Shown here: positions 16,149 through 22,697 of the stretch, piece by piece
Layout: each line of letters begins with the position of its first letter
Numbering within the stretch: the stretch's first letter is position 1
DNA from: an uncultured Gammaproteobacteria bacterium
GTDB taxonomy: Bacteria > Patescibacteriota > Microgenomatia > PFEM01 > CAZTHI01
Direction of reading: 5' to 3'
NCBI GenBank assembly: GCA_964613135.1
Contig: CAZTHI010000003.1
Span: 1-35,960 of the forward strand
Length of the DNA stretch: 35,960 nt
The notes under the pieces: generated by a model
What the model was told of the DNA's origin: nothing
The model's database searches: none
What the model saw: the letters and a program-made list of their open reading frames with translations, nothing else
Translations under genes and position numbers: made by a program

Positions 16149-16228
16149 ATCCAAATTACAAAGTTCAAATGGCAAATCATCCGCCAGCCAGCGGATTGGA
16201 CTTTGAACTTGAATTGGCATTTGGATTT
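16147..16228 (+). repeat. long imperfect hairpin from heptamer-periodic arrays (yidD-yidC spacer)
   Basis: 5' arm: aaatcca aattaca aagttca aatggca aatcatc. 16147-16156 pairs perfectly with 16219-16228, and the GC clamp 16079-16084-equivalent atccgc/gcggat closes the loop cagcca. Confidence 0.6.
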
Positions 16229-16258
16229 TGAAATTGAGATTTTAGTATTATTAGTTTT

Positions 16259-17098
16259 ATGACTGAACTCTGGAACGTTTTGCTATACCAACCGTTTGTT
16301 AATCTCCTGATGCTTTTATATCAGCTACTTTTCCATAATTTTGGCCTGGCGATTATCGTTTTGACGGTGGCCCTCCGTACCGTTTTAATTCCCTTGACTC
16401 TCCCCTCCATGAAGTCGGCCGAAAAAATGCGCCAATTGGCGCCGGAATTAGAACGGCTTAAGAAAAAATACGGTTCCGACAAGCAGGCATTTGCTAAAGC
16501 GCAAATGGATTTTTATCGCCAACAGGGTATCAACCCGGCTGCCGGCTGTTTGCCGCAAATTGTCCAACTGGTGATTTTAATTGCTCTCTATCAGGCCTTT
16601 ATCCAGGTGTTAAATCCCAACGCCCAGGAGGTAGTTAGAAAGCTAAACACTTTGCTTTATCAACCGTTAAAATTGGCGGAAGACACGGTCATCAACACCC
16701 AATTTCTCTGGCTGAATTTGGCCAAGCCGGACGTGATTAAAGTGGCCGGTTTGGGCTTTCCTTTGCCGGGGCTATTTTTAATCGCCGCGGCCTTAATTCA
16801 ACTGATCTCTTCCAAAATGATGATGCCGGTGCTAGCGGCCGTCCAAAAAGACGCGGCCCAAACTCCGGAAAAAACCGACGACATGGCGACCAGCATGCAG
16901 ACACAAATGACCTATCTTTTTCCGTTGATGACCATTCTAATCGGCTTTACTTTTCCTTCCGGTTTGGTTTTGTACTGGTTTATCTTTTCTTTGTTTACCG
17001 CCGTTCAGCAATATTTTGTGAGCGGCTGGGGAGGCTTGACACCATGGATAAATAAATTGAAAATTGAAAATGGAAAATTTAAAATTAAAGACCATTGA
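16259..17098 (+). CDS. yidC: membrane protein insertase YidC (short form)
   Basis: 279 aa with GLAIIVLTVALR..PL, GINPAAGCLPQIVQ, and GLVLYWFIFSLFT. The C-terminal tail is encoded by a heptamer array. Confidence 0.9.
   Translation: MTELWNVLLYQPFVNLLMLLYQLLFHNFGLAIIVLTVALRTVLIPLTLPSMKSAEKMRQLAPELERLKKKYGSDKQAFAKAQMDFYRQQGINPAAGCLPQIVQLVILIALYQAFIQVLNPNAQEVVRKLNTLLYQPLKLAEDTVINTQFLWLNLAKPDVIKVAGLGFPLPGLFLIAAALIQLISSKMMMPVLAAVQKDAAQTPEKTDDMATSMQTQMTYLFPLMTILIGFTFPSGLVLYWFIFSLFTAVQQYFVSGWGGLTPWINKLKIENGKFKIKDH
17054..17088 (+). repeat. heptamer array (aaattga aaattga aaatgga aaattta aaattaa) spanning the yidC 3' end and the jag 5' end
   Basis: Five 7-bp units. It encodes the YidC tail KLKIENGKFKIK and the Jag N-terminus MENLKLK in different frames. 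Confidence 0.7.
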
Positions 17099-17534
17099 GG
17101 AAATAACGCAAGATTTACTGAGCCGCTTGGGGGTGGAAGTAAAGATCTCTGTTGAAGAAAGCGAAGGGGTTTTTAATGTCCAGCTGGAAACTAAGGAGCC
17201 GGGGATTTTAATCGGCTATCACGGCGAAACCTTGGCGGCCATTCAGCTGATCGTGGGAATGATGGTTTGGCGGAAATCGGGAGCGTGGACCAAAATCCTG
17301 GTTAATGTTGGCGATTACCGGGAAAGACGCCAGGAATCTTTGGCAAGAATGGCTGTCTCAGTGGCTCAGGAAGCTAAACTCTCCGGCCAACCGCAAACCC
17401 TACCGCCGATGTCTGCTTTTGATCGCCGCCTAATTCACTTGGCTCTGGCGGCGGACCCGGCAGTGGAAACGCTTTCCGAGGGTGAAGGCAAAGACCGGCA
17501 TGTGGTCGTTAAGACTAAACAACCTTCATCGTAG
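17070..17534 (+). CDS. jag: Jag/KhpB-like KH + R3H RNA-binding protein
   Basis: GYHGETLAAIQLIV (KH-like) and FDRRLIHLALA (R3H). ATG at 17070; the ORF track begins at a TTG at 17064. Canonical position after yidC. Confidence 0.8.
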   Translation: MENLKLKTIEEITQDLLSRLGVEVKISVEESEGVFNVQLETKEPGILIGYHGETLAAIQLIVGMMVWRKSGAWTKILVNVGDYRERRQESLARMAVSVAQEAKLSGQPQTLPPMSAFDRRLIHLALAADPAVETLSEGEGKDRHVVVKTKQPSS

Positions 17535-18738
17535 TTTTTTTGGGGCACTTTGTTTGCTACTTCCTGTCCAGCTTGGCGCTCACTTTTGGCCTAATTTTGC
17601 TTATGTCATGGGCCTGCGGATCGATTATCTGGCGCCGACAATTTATTTAACCGATCTTTTGGTCGTAGTAATACTGGGATTATGGGGCTTGGACTGTTGG
17701 CGAATTCGCGAATTACGAATTACGAATTACGAATTACGGAAATATTGGTGGATATTAGCAGTTTTTGTTTTGTTGCTAGCCGGTTCGCTCCTGGCTCAAA
17801 ACCAAAGGGCAGCGCTGTATAAATTTGCCAAAATCGCGGAGTTTTCTTTACTTGGTCTTTATGTGGCCAAGAGCCGCGAGACGCGAGACGTCATACGAAA
17901 GACGCTCTCTATTGCTGTTCTCTACTCTTCTCTGATTGCGCTGGTTCAGTTTTTCAAACAATCTTCCCTGGGTGATCTTTTTTGGTGGTTGGGCGAGCGG
18001 ACTTTTACCGTGGCCACGCCGGGAATTGCCAAAGCAGTGGTCAACGGTGAACTTTTAATGCGGCCCTACGCCACCTTCTCCCACCCCAACGCTCTGGCCG
18101 GCTTTCTGCTGGTGGGTTTAATCTTAACCTTGCCATATTTTCTTCAAAGGCATAAGCTATTCACTATTCCCTATACCCTATTCCCTATTCTGGCCATCGC
18201 CCTCTCTTTCTCCCGCTCGGTTTGGCTGGTGGGCTTGCTCGTGGCATTTTTCTGTCTTTTCCGAAAAAAGAAATTCTTTCTAGTTATTAGTTATTTGTTA
18301 TTAGTTATTAGTTGTTTGTTATTAGTTACTAGTTATTCCGCCGACGAGGCGATTTCTCAGCGACTCCAATTGATTAAAGCGGCAGTTTTAATGATCCAAG
18401 GCAACCTTTTGGCGGGCGTCGGTTTGAATAATTTTTTGGTCCGCTTGCCGGAATTCTGGGGACCGATCGGCACTACCTTCTGGCTCCAACCGGTGCATAA
18501 TATTTATCTTTTGATCGCCGCCGAAACCGGCCTGACCGGCTTGCTGGTTTTTCTCTGGTTTTTGGTTTTAACCTTCAAGAAATTATCAATTCTCCATTCT
18601 CCATTGTCCATTGCGCTTGGTGCCATCCTGTTGCTGGGCCTGGCGGATCATTATTGGCTGACGCTGCAACAAAACCAACTTCTCTTCGCGCTTGTTTTGG
18701 GGCTGAGTTGGGAAGGACAAAGAGGGTTTAAAAGTTAA
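17482..18738 (+). CDS. O-antigen ligase/polymerase-like (Wzy_C) polytopic membrane protein
   Basis: Multiple TM helices, with RPYATFSHPNALAGFL and PVHNIYLLIAAETGLTGLL. Start uncertain (GTG 17482 or ATG 17500). Contains five short-period arrays. Confidence 0.7.
   Translation: MKAKTGMWSLRLNNLHRSFFGALCLLLPVQLGAHFWPNFAYVMGLRIDYLAPTIYLTDLLVVVILGLWGLDCWRIRELRITNYELRKYWWILAVFVLLLAGSLLAQNQRAALYKFAKIAEFSLLGLYVAKSRETRDVIRKTLSIAVLYSSLIALVQFFKQSSLGDLFWWLGERTFTVATPGIAKAVVNGELLMRPYATFSHPNALAGFLLVGLILTLPYFLQRHKLFTIPYTLFPILAIALSFSRSVWLVGLLVAFFCLFRKKKFFLVISYLLLVISCLLLVTSYSADEAISQRLQLIKAAVLMIQGNLLAGVGLNNFLVRLPEFWGPIGTTFWLQPVHNIYLLIAAETGLTGLLVFLWFLVLTFKKLSILHSPLSIALGAILLLGLADHYWLTLQQNQLLFALVLGLSWEGQRGFKS
17701..17738 (+). 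repeat. heptamer tandem repeat, (cgaatta)x4 perfect plus a degenerate unit, inside a CDS
   Basis: cgaattcg cgaatta cgaatta cgaatta cgaatta cgg. Encodes RIRELRITNYELRK. Confidence 0.85.
18157..18191 (+). repeat. heptamer array (ctattca ctattcc ctatacc ctattcc ctattct) inside a CDS
   Basis: Five units. Encodes LFTIPYTLFPIL. Confidence 0.8.
18281..18336 (+). repeat. heptamer array, 8 units (tagttat tagttat ttgttat tagttat tagttgt ttgttat tagttac tagttat), inside a CDS
   Basis: 56 bp. Encodes LVISYLLLVISCLLLVTSY. Confidence 0.85.
18581..18615 (+). repeat. heptamer array (aattatc aattctc cattctc cattgtc cattgcg) inside a CDS
   Basis: Same unit family as 4555..4589. Roughly complementary to 17054..17088. 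Confidence 0.75.
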
Positions 18739-18759
18739 AAAGTTTAAGGGTTTAAAAAG
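18724..18759 (+). repeat. octamer-periodic array (gggtttaa aagttaaa aagtttaa gggtttaa), left flank of the second four-helix-bundle gene
   Basis: 8-bp periodicity. It supplies the last codons and the stop of the ligase-like ORF. Confidence 0.7.
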
Positions 18760-18760
18760 A

Positions 18761-19225
18761 CTAAGAGGGTTTGAGTTTCTGGAGAGTGTCGGGGGCGTAT
18801 TTTCGCATAAATTCTTCCCAGCTTTCTTCTTTTTTGGCCGATTTATATTTTAAACCTTTATACCCTGAAACCTTTAAACTTTGAATTAGGTAGTAAATCA
18901 TGGCCGAAACCCGTTTGGCTAAAACCGAAGCTTGTTGGAAATCCTGGGGGCTAATGAATTTTTGATCCAAGGCAATATAAAGTTGGGTGCGGGCCTCGCC
19001 GCAGGATCCCTTGGCGATAAAAAGAAAATAAATCAGTTCTTCTCTGGTGCCGCGTTCAAACCCCTCGGCGATATTGGAAATCACGGAAACGGCCGCCCGC
19101 TGAATTTGGTCTTTTAAGGAAAAGTCGGAGAAAGTTTTTTGGCGGGTTAGCCCATAAATGAGGTTAACTAATCTTTTCCCCTCCTGCCAGCAAGTTAAGT
19201 CTTTGAATCTTTTAACCGACGTCAT
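18761..19225 (-). CDS. four-helix-bundle protein (23S rRNA intervening-sequence protein family)
   Basis: FKDLTCWQEGKRLV..IY..T..F..DFSLKDQIQRAAVSVISNIAEGFERGT..E.IYFL.IAKGSCGEARTQL is the family signature. Confidence 0.85.
   Translation of the reverse strand: MTSVKRFKDLTCWQEGKRLVNLIYGLTRQKTFSDFSLKDQIQRAAVSVISNIAEGFERGTREELIYFLFIAKGSCGEARTQLYIALDQKFISPQDFQQASVLAKRVSAMIYYLIQSLKVSGYKGLKYKSAKKEESWEEFMRKYAPDTLQKLKPS
18848..18886 (+). repeat. octamer-periodic array, complement of the flanking arrays, inside the 3' part of the four-helix-bundle CDS
   Basis: Reverse complement reads aagtttaa aggtttca gggtataa aggtttaa. Encodes the SLKVSGYKGLKYK tail. Confidence 0.65.
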
Positions 19226-19228
19226 ACT

Positions 19229-19257
19229 TTAAGGTTTAAAAGTTTAACGGTTTAAGG
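19229..19257 (+). repeat. octamer-periodic array (tttaaggt ttaaaagt ttaacggt ttaagg), right flank and leader of the second four-helix-bundle gene
   Basis: Direct repeat of the 18724..18759 family, inverted relative to 18848..18886. Confidence 0.7.
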
Positions 19258-19289
19258 CCCGCCTGGCGGCGAGGCGGGGTTTAACCAGA

Positions 19290-19310
19290 TTTTAGCACAC
19301 TGTGCTAAAA
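19290..19310. promoter_or_regulatory. 21-bp palindrome TTTTAGCACA-C-TGTGCTAAAA forming face-to-face extended -10 elements
   Basis: Plus strand: TGCTAAAAT (19303..19311), then 7 nt, then the ATG at 19319. The minus-strand mirror element points at the four-helix-bundle gene. Confidence 0.5.
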
Positions 19311-19318
19311 TAACGGCG

Positions 19319-20641
19319 ATGTCACTTTCGCAAAAAGTCGCCCTCAATACCATTGTCCAAGTTGCTGCAAAAATTATCACCGTTTTAACGACTTTAATCA
19401 CCACTATTCTTCTGACCGGCTACCTGGGCAAAGAGGGTTATGGCGATTATATATTTGTCATTACCCTGGCGATTCTTTTTGGTTCTTTGGCCGATTGGGG
19501 CACCGCCACCATTGGCGTCAGAGAAGTGTCCAAAAATAAAGACCAAAGTCCCCAATGGCTGGCCAATCTTTTTATTTTGCGGCTTGGTCTTTCCTTGGCC
19601 GCCGCGGTTTTGTTAATGCTGGTCTCCTGGGTGATGCCCTTGCCGACCAAGGATCCGCAGCCGTTGCGGCAAGTCATCCAGATGGCCGGCCTGATTGTTT
19701 TTTTGGTGGCCACCAAGGCTTCATTTTTAATTGTTTTTCAGGTTAAACTGCAGATGTATAAGGCTGCCCTGGTCGACATTTTCGGCAGTCTGCTCATTCT
19801 GCTTTTTTCTTGGTTAGCCATCCAAAAAGGCTTGGGCTTGGCGCCGTTGGTTTGGGCGGTGATTGGGGCCGGCTTTGTTTCGGCTTTGGCCGCCGCGGCA
19901 CTTGCTTTTAAAACCGTTAAATATATTTTTGTTTTTGACGCCGGGATGGTCCGGAAAATAATTTCCGAATCGTTGCCGATGGGGGCGATTTTAATGCTGT
20001 TTACCATCGACAATAAAATCGACACTGTCATGTTGGGCATGATGAAGGGCAGCGGGCCGGTCGGTATTTACGGTATTGCCTATCGGGTCTATGATGTTTT
20101 AATTTTAGGCGCCGCTTATTTAATGAACGCCCTGTTACCCGTGATTTCTCAGTACAGCGATTTAGGCAAATGGAGCGGCAAACTCCGCCAAATTTATCAG
20201 CAAAGTTTCGATATTTTGTTATTGGGCGGCGCGGTCATTCTGGTGGTGATTTGGGCCGCCGCGCCTTTAATTGTGCGGATTTTAACTCAACAAAAGTTTA
20301 ACGATTTTGGCGATGCCGTCCCCGTTTTGCGGATCTTAACCTTGGCGATGTTCATCAGTTATTTCAACCATCTAACCGGCTACACCATTGTCGCCCTGGG
20401 CAAACAGCGACCTTATTTTTGGGTGGCCGGCGGCGCCCTGGTTTTTAACGTGGCCTTAAACTTACTGGTGATCCCCCGGTTCTCTTATTTTGGCGCCGCC
20501 TGGGTGACGGTTTTGAGTGAGGGTCTGGTCTTAATGATCACCACCTTTTTCATTTTCCGGATTTTGAAAATCATTCCTTCGATTTTTGAATTTCCTAAAA
20601 CCGCCTTGCAAATTATCAAGGGAAAAGGTAAAATATTTTAA
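19319..20641 (+). CDS. polysaccharide flippase (MOP/Wzx family)
   Basis: 440 aa, about 12-14 TM helices, and a typical N-terminus (N..VQV..KIIT.L....L...LG.EGYG.Y). Confidence 0.8.
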   Translation: MSLSQKVALNTIVQVAAKIITVLTTLITTILLTGYLGKEGYGDYIFVITLAILFGSLADWGTATIGVREVSKNKDQSPQWLANLFILRLGLSLAAAVLLMLVSWVMPLPTKDPQPLRQVIQMAGLIVFLVATKASFLIVFQVKLQMYKAALVDIFGSLLILLFSWLAIQKGLGLAPLVWAVIGAGFVSALAAAALAFKTVKYIFVFDAGMVRKIISESLPMGAILMLFTIDNKIDTVMLGMMKGSGPVGIYGIAYRVYDVLILGAAYLMNALLPVISQYSDLGKWSGKLRQIYQQSFDILLLGGAVILVVIWAAAPLIVRILTQQKFNDFGDAVPVLRILTLAMFISYFNHLTGYTIVALGKQRPYFWVAGGALVFNVALNLLVIPRFSYFGAAWVTVLSEGLVLMITTFFIFRILKIIPSIFEFPKTALQIIKGKGKIF

Positions 20642-20653
20642 AGGAGAAAACCA

Positions 20654-20839
20654 ATGGATTTCACCAAAATTTATCAAAAATATAAAGGATTATGGATAGC
20701 TCTTTCTTCTGACGAAAGACGGGTTGTAGGAAAAGGTAAAACCGTCAATGTTGCCGTCCGCCTGGCCCAGAAAAGCGGAGTGAGAACCCCATTTCTGTTT
20801 AAGGTTCCGATGAAAATAATCCCCTGCGCAGGTCTTTGA
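20654..20839 (+). CDS. small DUF5678-like protein
   Basis: The pattern YKGLWIAL..DERRVVGKGKT...A...A...G...PFLFKVP is typical of this small family. AAGGAG SD upstream. Confidence 0.5.
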   Translation: MDFTKIYQKYKGLWIALSSDERRVVGKGKTVNVAVRLAQKSGVRTPFLFKVPMKIIPCAGL

Positions 20840-20840
20840 T

Positions 20841-21227
20841 ATGAAATCAATTGTTATTTGTGGCTCCCGCCGATTCAAAAAAGAAATCAGAGAATTTGCC
20901 GCTAAATTAAAGAAGGCCGGCATAGTTGTTTACGAACCGATTTTTAACACCGACCCCAAGATCAGAGATCTGCCCGAGCATTTTAGGCGATTTTCATTTC
21001 TCGGCCTGACCCACCATCAATTCACTTCTATTAGAAAAGCTGACGCGGTTTATTTTTATAACCAAAAGGGCTACTTAGGCAATAGCTCAACTTTAGAACT
21101 GGGCTTTACCGAGGCCTTGGGAAAACCGATTTACGCCCTAAACGAAGATAAAGACGAGCCATGTCGGAATGTTTTATTTGACGAGATTATAAAGACCCCT
21201 AGAGAACTAATTAAAAAATTGAAATGA
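20841..21227 (+). CDS. nucleoside 2-deoxyribosyltransferase-like Rossmann protein
   Basis: IVICGSRRF at the N-terminus and ADAVYFYNQKGYLGNSSTLELGFTEALGKPIYAL resemble the family's C-terminal motif. Confidence 0.45.
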   Translation: MKSIVICGSRRFKKEIREFAAKLKKAGIVVYEPIFNTDPKIRDLPEHFRRFSFLGLTHHQFTSIRKADAVYFYNQKGYLGNSSTLELGFTEALGKPIYALNEDKDEPCRNVLFDEIIKTPRELIKKLK

Positions 21228-21637
21228 AAATCGTCGTTGGTTCAACCGGTCAACATAAAACTGCGGCCGTGAGGCAAGCTTTCCGCAAATTGTTTCCCAA
21301 ATTTTCGACTGAGATTGTTGAGGCCAAAACTGCCTCTGATGTTGCCGAACAACCAGTTGGTAATCGGGAAATTCTCAAGGGCGCCCGCAATAGGGCGCGC
21401 CAATGTAAATATCTTTATAAAAAAGCCGATTGGTGCCTCGGGATCGAAAATGGGCTAATAAAAGCGGGCGGTAAATGGTTTGATGTTGCCTGGGTAGTGG
21501 TTATTAATAAAGACTGGCAAGAAGCAATCGCGCCTTCGGCGGGAGTCCCCTTTCAAAAAGAACATACAGTAAAGATTGTCAGAGAGGACCTGCTGGCAGA
21601 AGCAATGAAAATAGCCATCGCTCAACTTCTTGACTGA
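21224..21637 (+). CDS. inosine/xanthosine triphosphatase-like NTPase (YjjX/DUF84 family)
   Basis: KIVVGSTGQHKTAAV..AF...AEQPVGNREILKGARNRA...LGIENGL parallels YjjX. The start overlaps the upstream stop. Confidence 0.7.
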   Translation: MKIVVGSTGQHKTAAVRQAFRKLFPKFSTEIVEAKTASDVAEQPVGNREILKGARNRARQCKYLYKKADWCLGIENGLIKAGGKWFDVAWVVVINKDWQEAIAPSAGVPFQKEHTVKIVREDLLAEAMKIAIAQLLD

Positions 21638-22065
21638 TCCGGTTGCCAGGAATATTTTTTTAGATCCACCTTGCCGTCGATGAATTTGATGCCTTCCTTT
21701 TCTAATCTTTTTCGCTGTTCTTTTTCACCGCCGAAAACATAATGCGGCGCCAGCCCCCCGTCTTTAAAAACGACTCGATGGCAGGGAACTTTTAGATTTT
21801 TATTACCGTGAAGCGCCCAACCGACCAAGCGACTGTTTCTGGTTCCTAAAGCTTTGGCGACGGCGCCATAAGTGATCACTTTTCCCCTGGGAATTTGGGT
21901 TACTACCCGGTAAACCTGTCTAAAAAATTCATTTCGTTTAGAATGATAGCGTGGACACCCGGATTTATCAATTATATCTTGAGCTTTTGGCCAGACACGG
22001 GCCACCGGTAAAATTTTGGCCCCAATGGTGCGCCGGTAAAAAATCGGAAAGGGACCGAGGGACAA
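21622..22065 (-). CDS. MGMT-family methylated-DNA-protein-cysteine methyltransferase domain protein
   Basis: VYRVVTQIPRGKVITYGAVA and the PCHRVV active-site motif. Start uncertain (possible GTG at 22005). The N-terminal ~40 codons overlap the divergent gene. Confidence 0.7.
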   Translation of the reverse strand: MSLGPFPIFYRRTIGAKILPVARVWPKAQDIIDKSGCPRYHSKRNEFFRQVYRVVTQIPRGKVITYGAVAKALGTRNSRLVGWALHGNKNLKVPCHRVVFKDGGLAPHYVFGGEKEQRKRLEKEGIKFIDGKVDLKKYSWQPDQSRS

Positions 22066-22589
22066 TCGTTCTGGGGGCGATTCTGACCCAGCGTACTAAT
22101 TGGCACAACGCCGACTTGGCCCTGCGGAATTTGAAAAAAGAAAAATGGCTTTCTTTAAAAAAGATTGCTGCCTTAAATGATTTGGGAAAACTTGTCTCGT
22201 TGATAAAACCGGCTGGGTTTTATAACACTAAAAGCCGACGGATTTTCGACTTTTGCCTTTTTATCGCTGAGGAATATGGGGGATTGAAGAATTTCATGAA
22301 AACGGATTTGAAAACTGCTCGGCGCCAGTTGCTCTCCCTTTATGGCATTGGCCCGGAAACCGCGGACGTAATTTTGCTTTATGCTTTGGACAAACCAAGT
22401 TTTGTGGTTGATGAATACACCAGGCGCTTGGTTAGGAAAAATAATTTGGCGACCAATTTAAATTATGATTTTTTGAAAAACTTTTTTGAAAAAAATTTGC
22501 CGGCCGATGTCAGCATTTTTCAAAACTTTCATGCTTTTATTATTATTGAGCAAAAAGGAAAACCGGGCTCGTTGATGGCCAAAATTTAG
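21951..22589 (+). CDS. endonuclease III-like HhH-GPD DNA glycosylase family protein
   Basis: LGAILTQRTNW, LLSLYGIGPETADVILLYAL (HhH) and VVDEYTRR. GTG start. Confidence 0.75.
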   Translation: MDTRIYQLYLELLARHGPPVKFWPQWCAGKKSERDRGTIVLGAILTQRTNWHNADLALRNLKKEKWLSLKKIAALNDLGKLVSLIKPAGFYNTKSRRIFDFCLFIAEEYGGLKNFMKTDLKTARRQLLSLYGIGPETADVILLYALDKPSFVVDEYTRRLVRKNNLATNLNYDFLKNFFEKNLPADVSIFQNFHAFIIIEQKGKPGSLMAKI

Positions 22590-22697
22590 CGTCATTACTT
22601 TTTCATGTTGTCCATTCTGATATGGTTTAAATGAGAAAAAGCAGCGTGAGAAAAAATCTTTTTGACTTTGCCGGTAAAAATTTGTAGACTATTTTTA

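Noticed and set aside
17701-18336. Short tandem arrays considered as a CRISPR array
   Set aside because: The units are only 7-8 bp, are contiguous with no spacers, and lie inside an intact ORF. No cas genes are present in the window.
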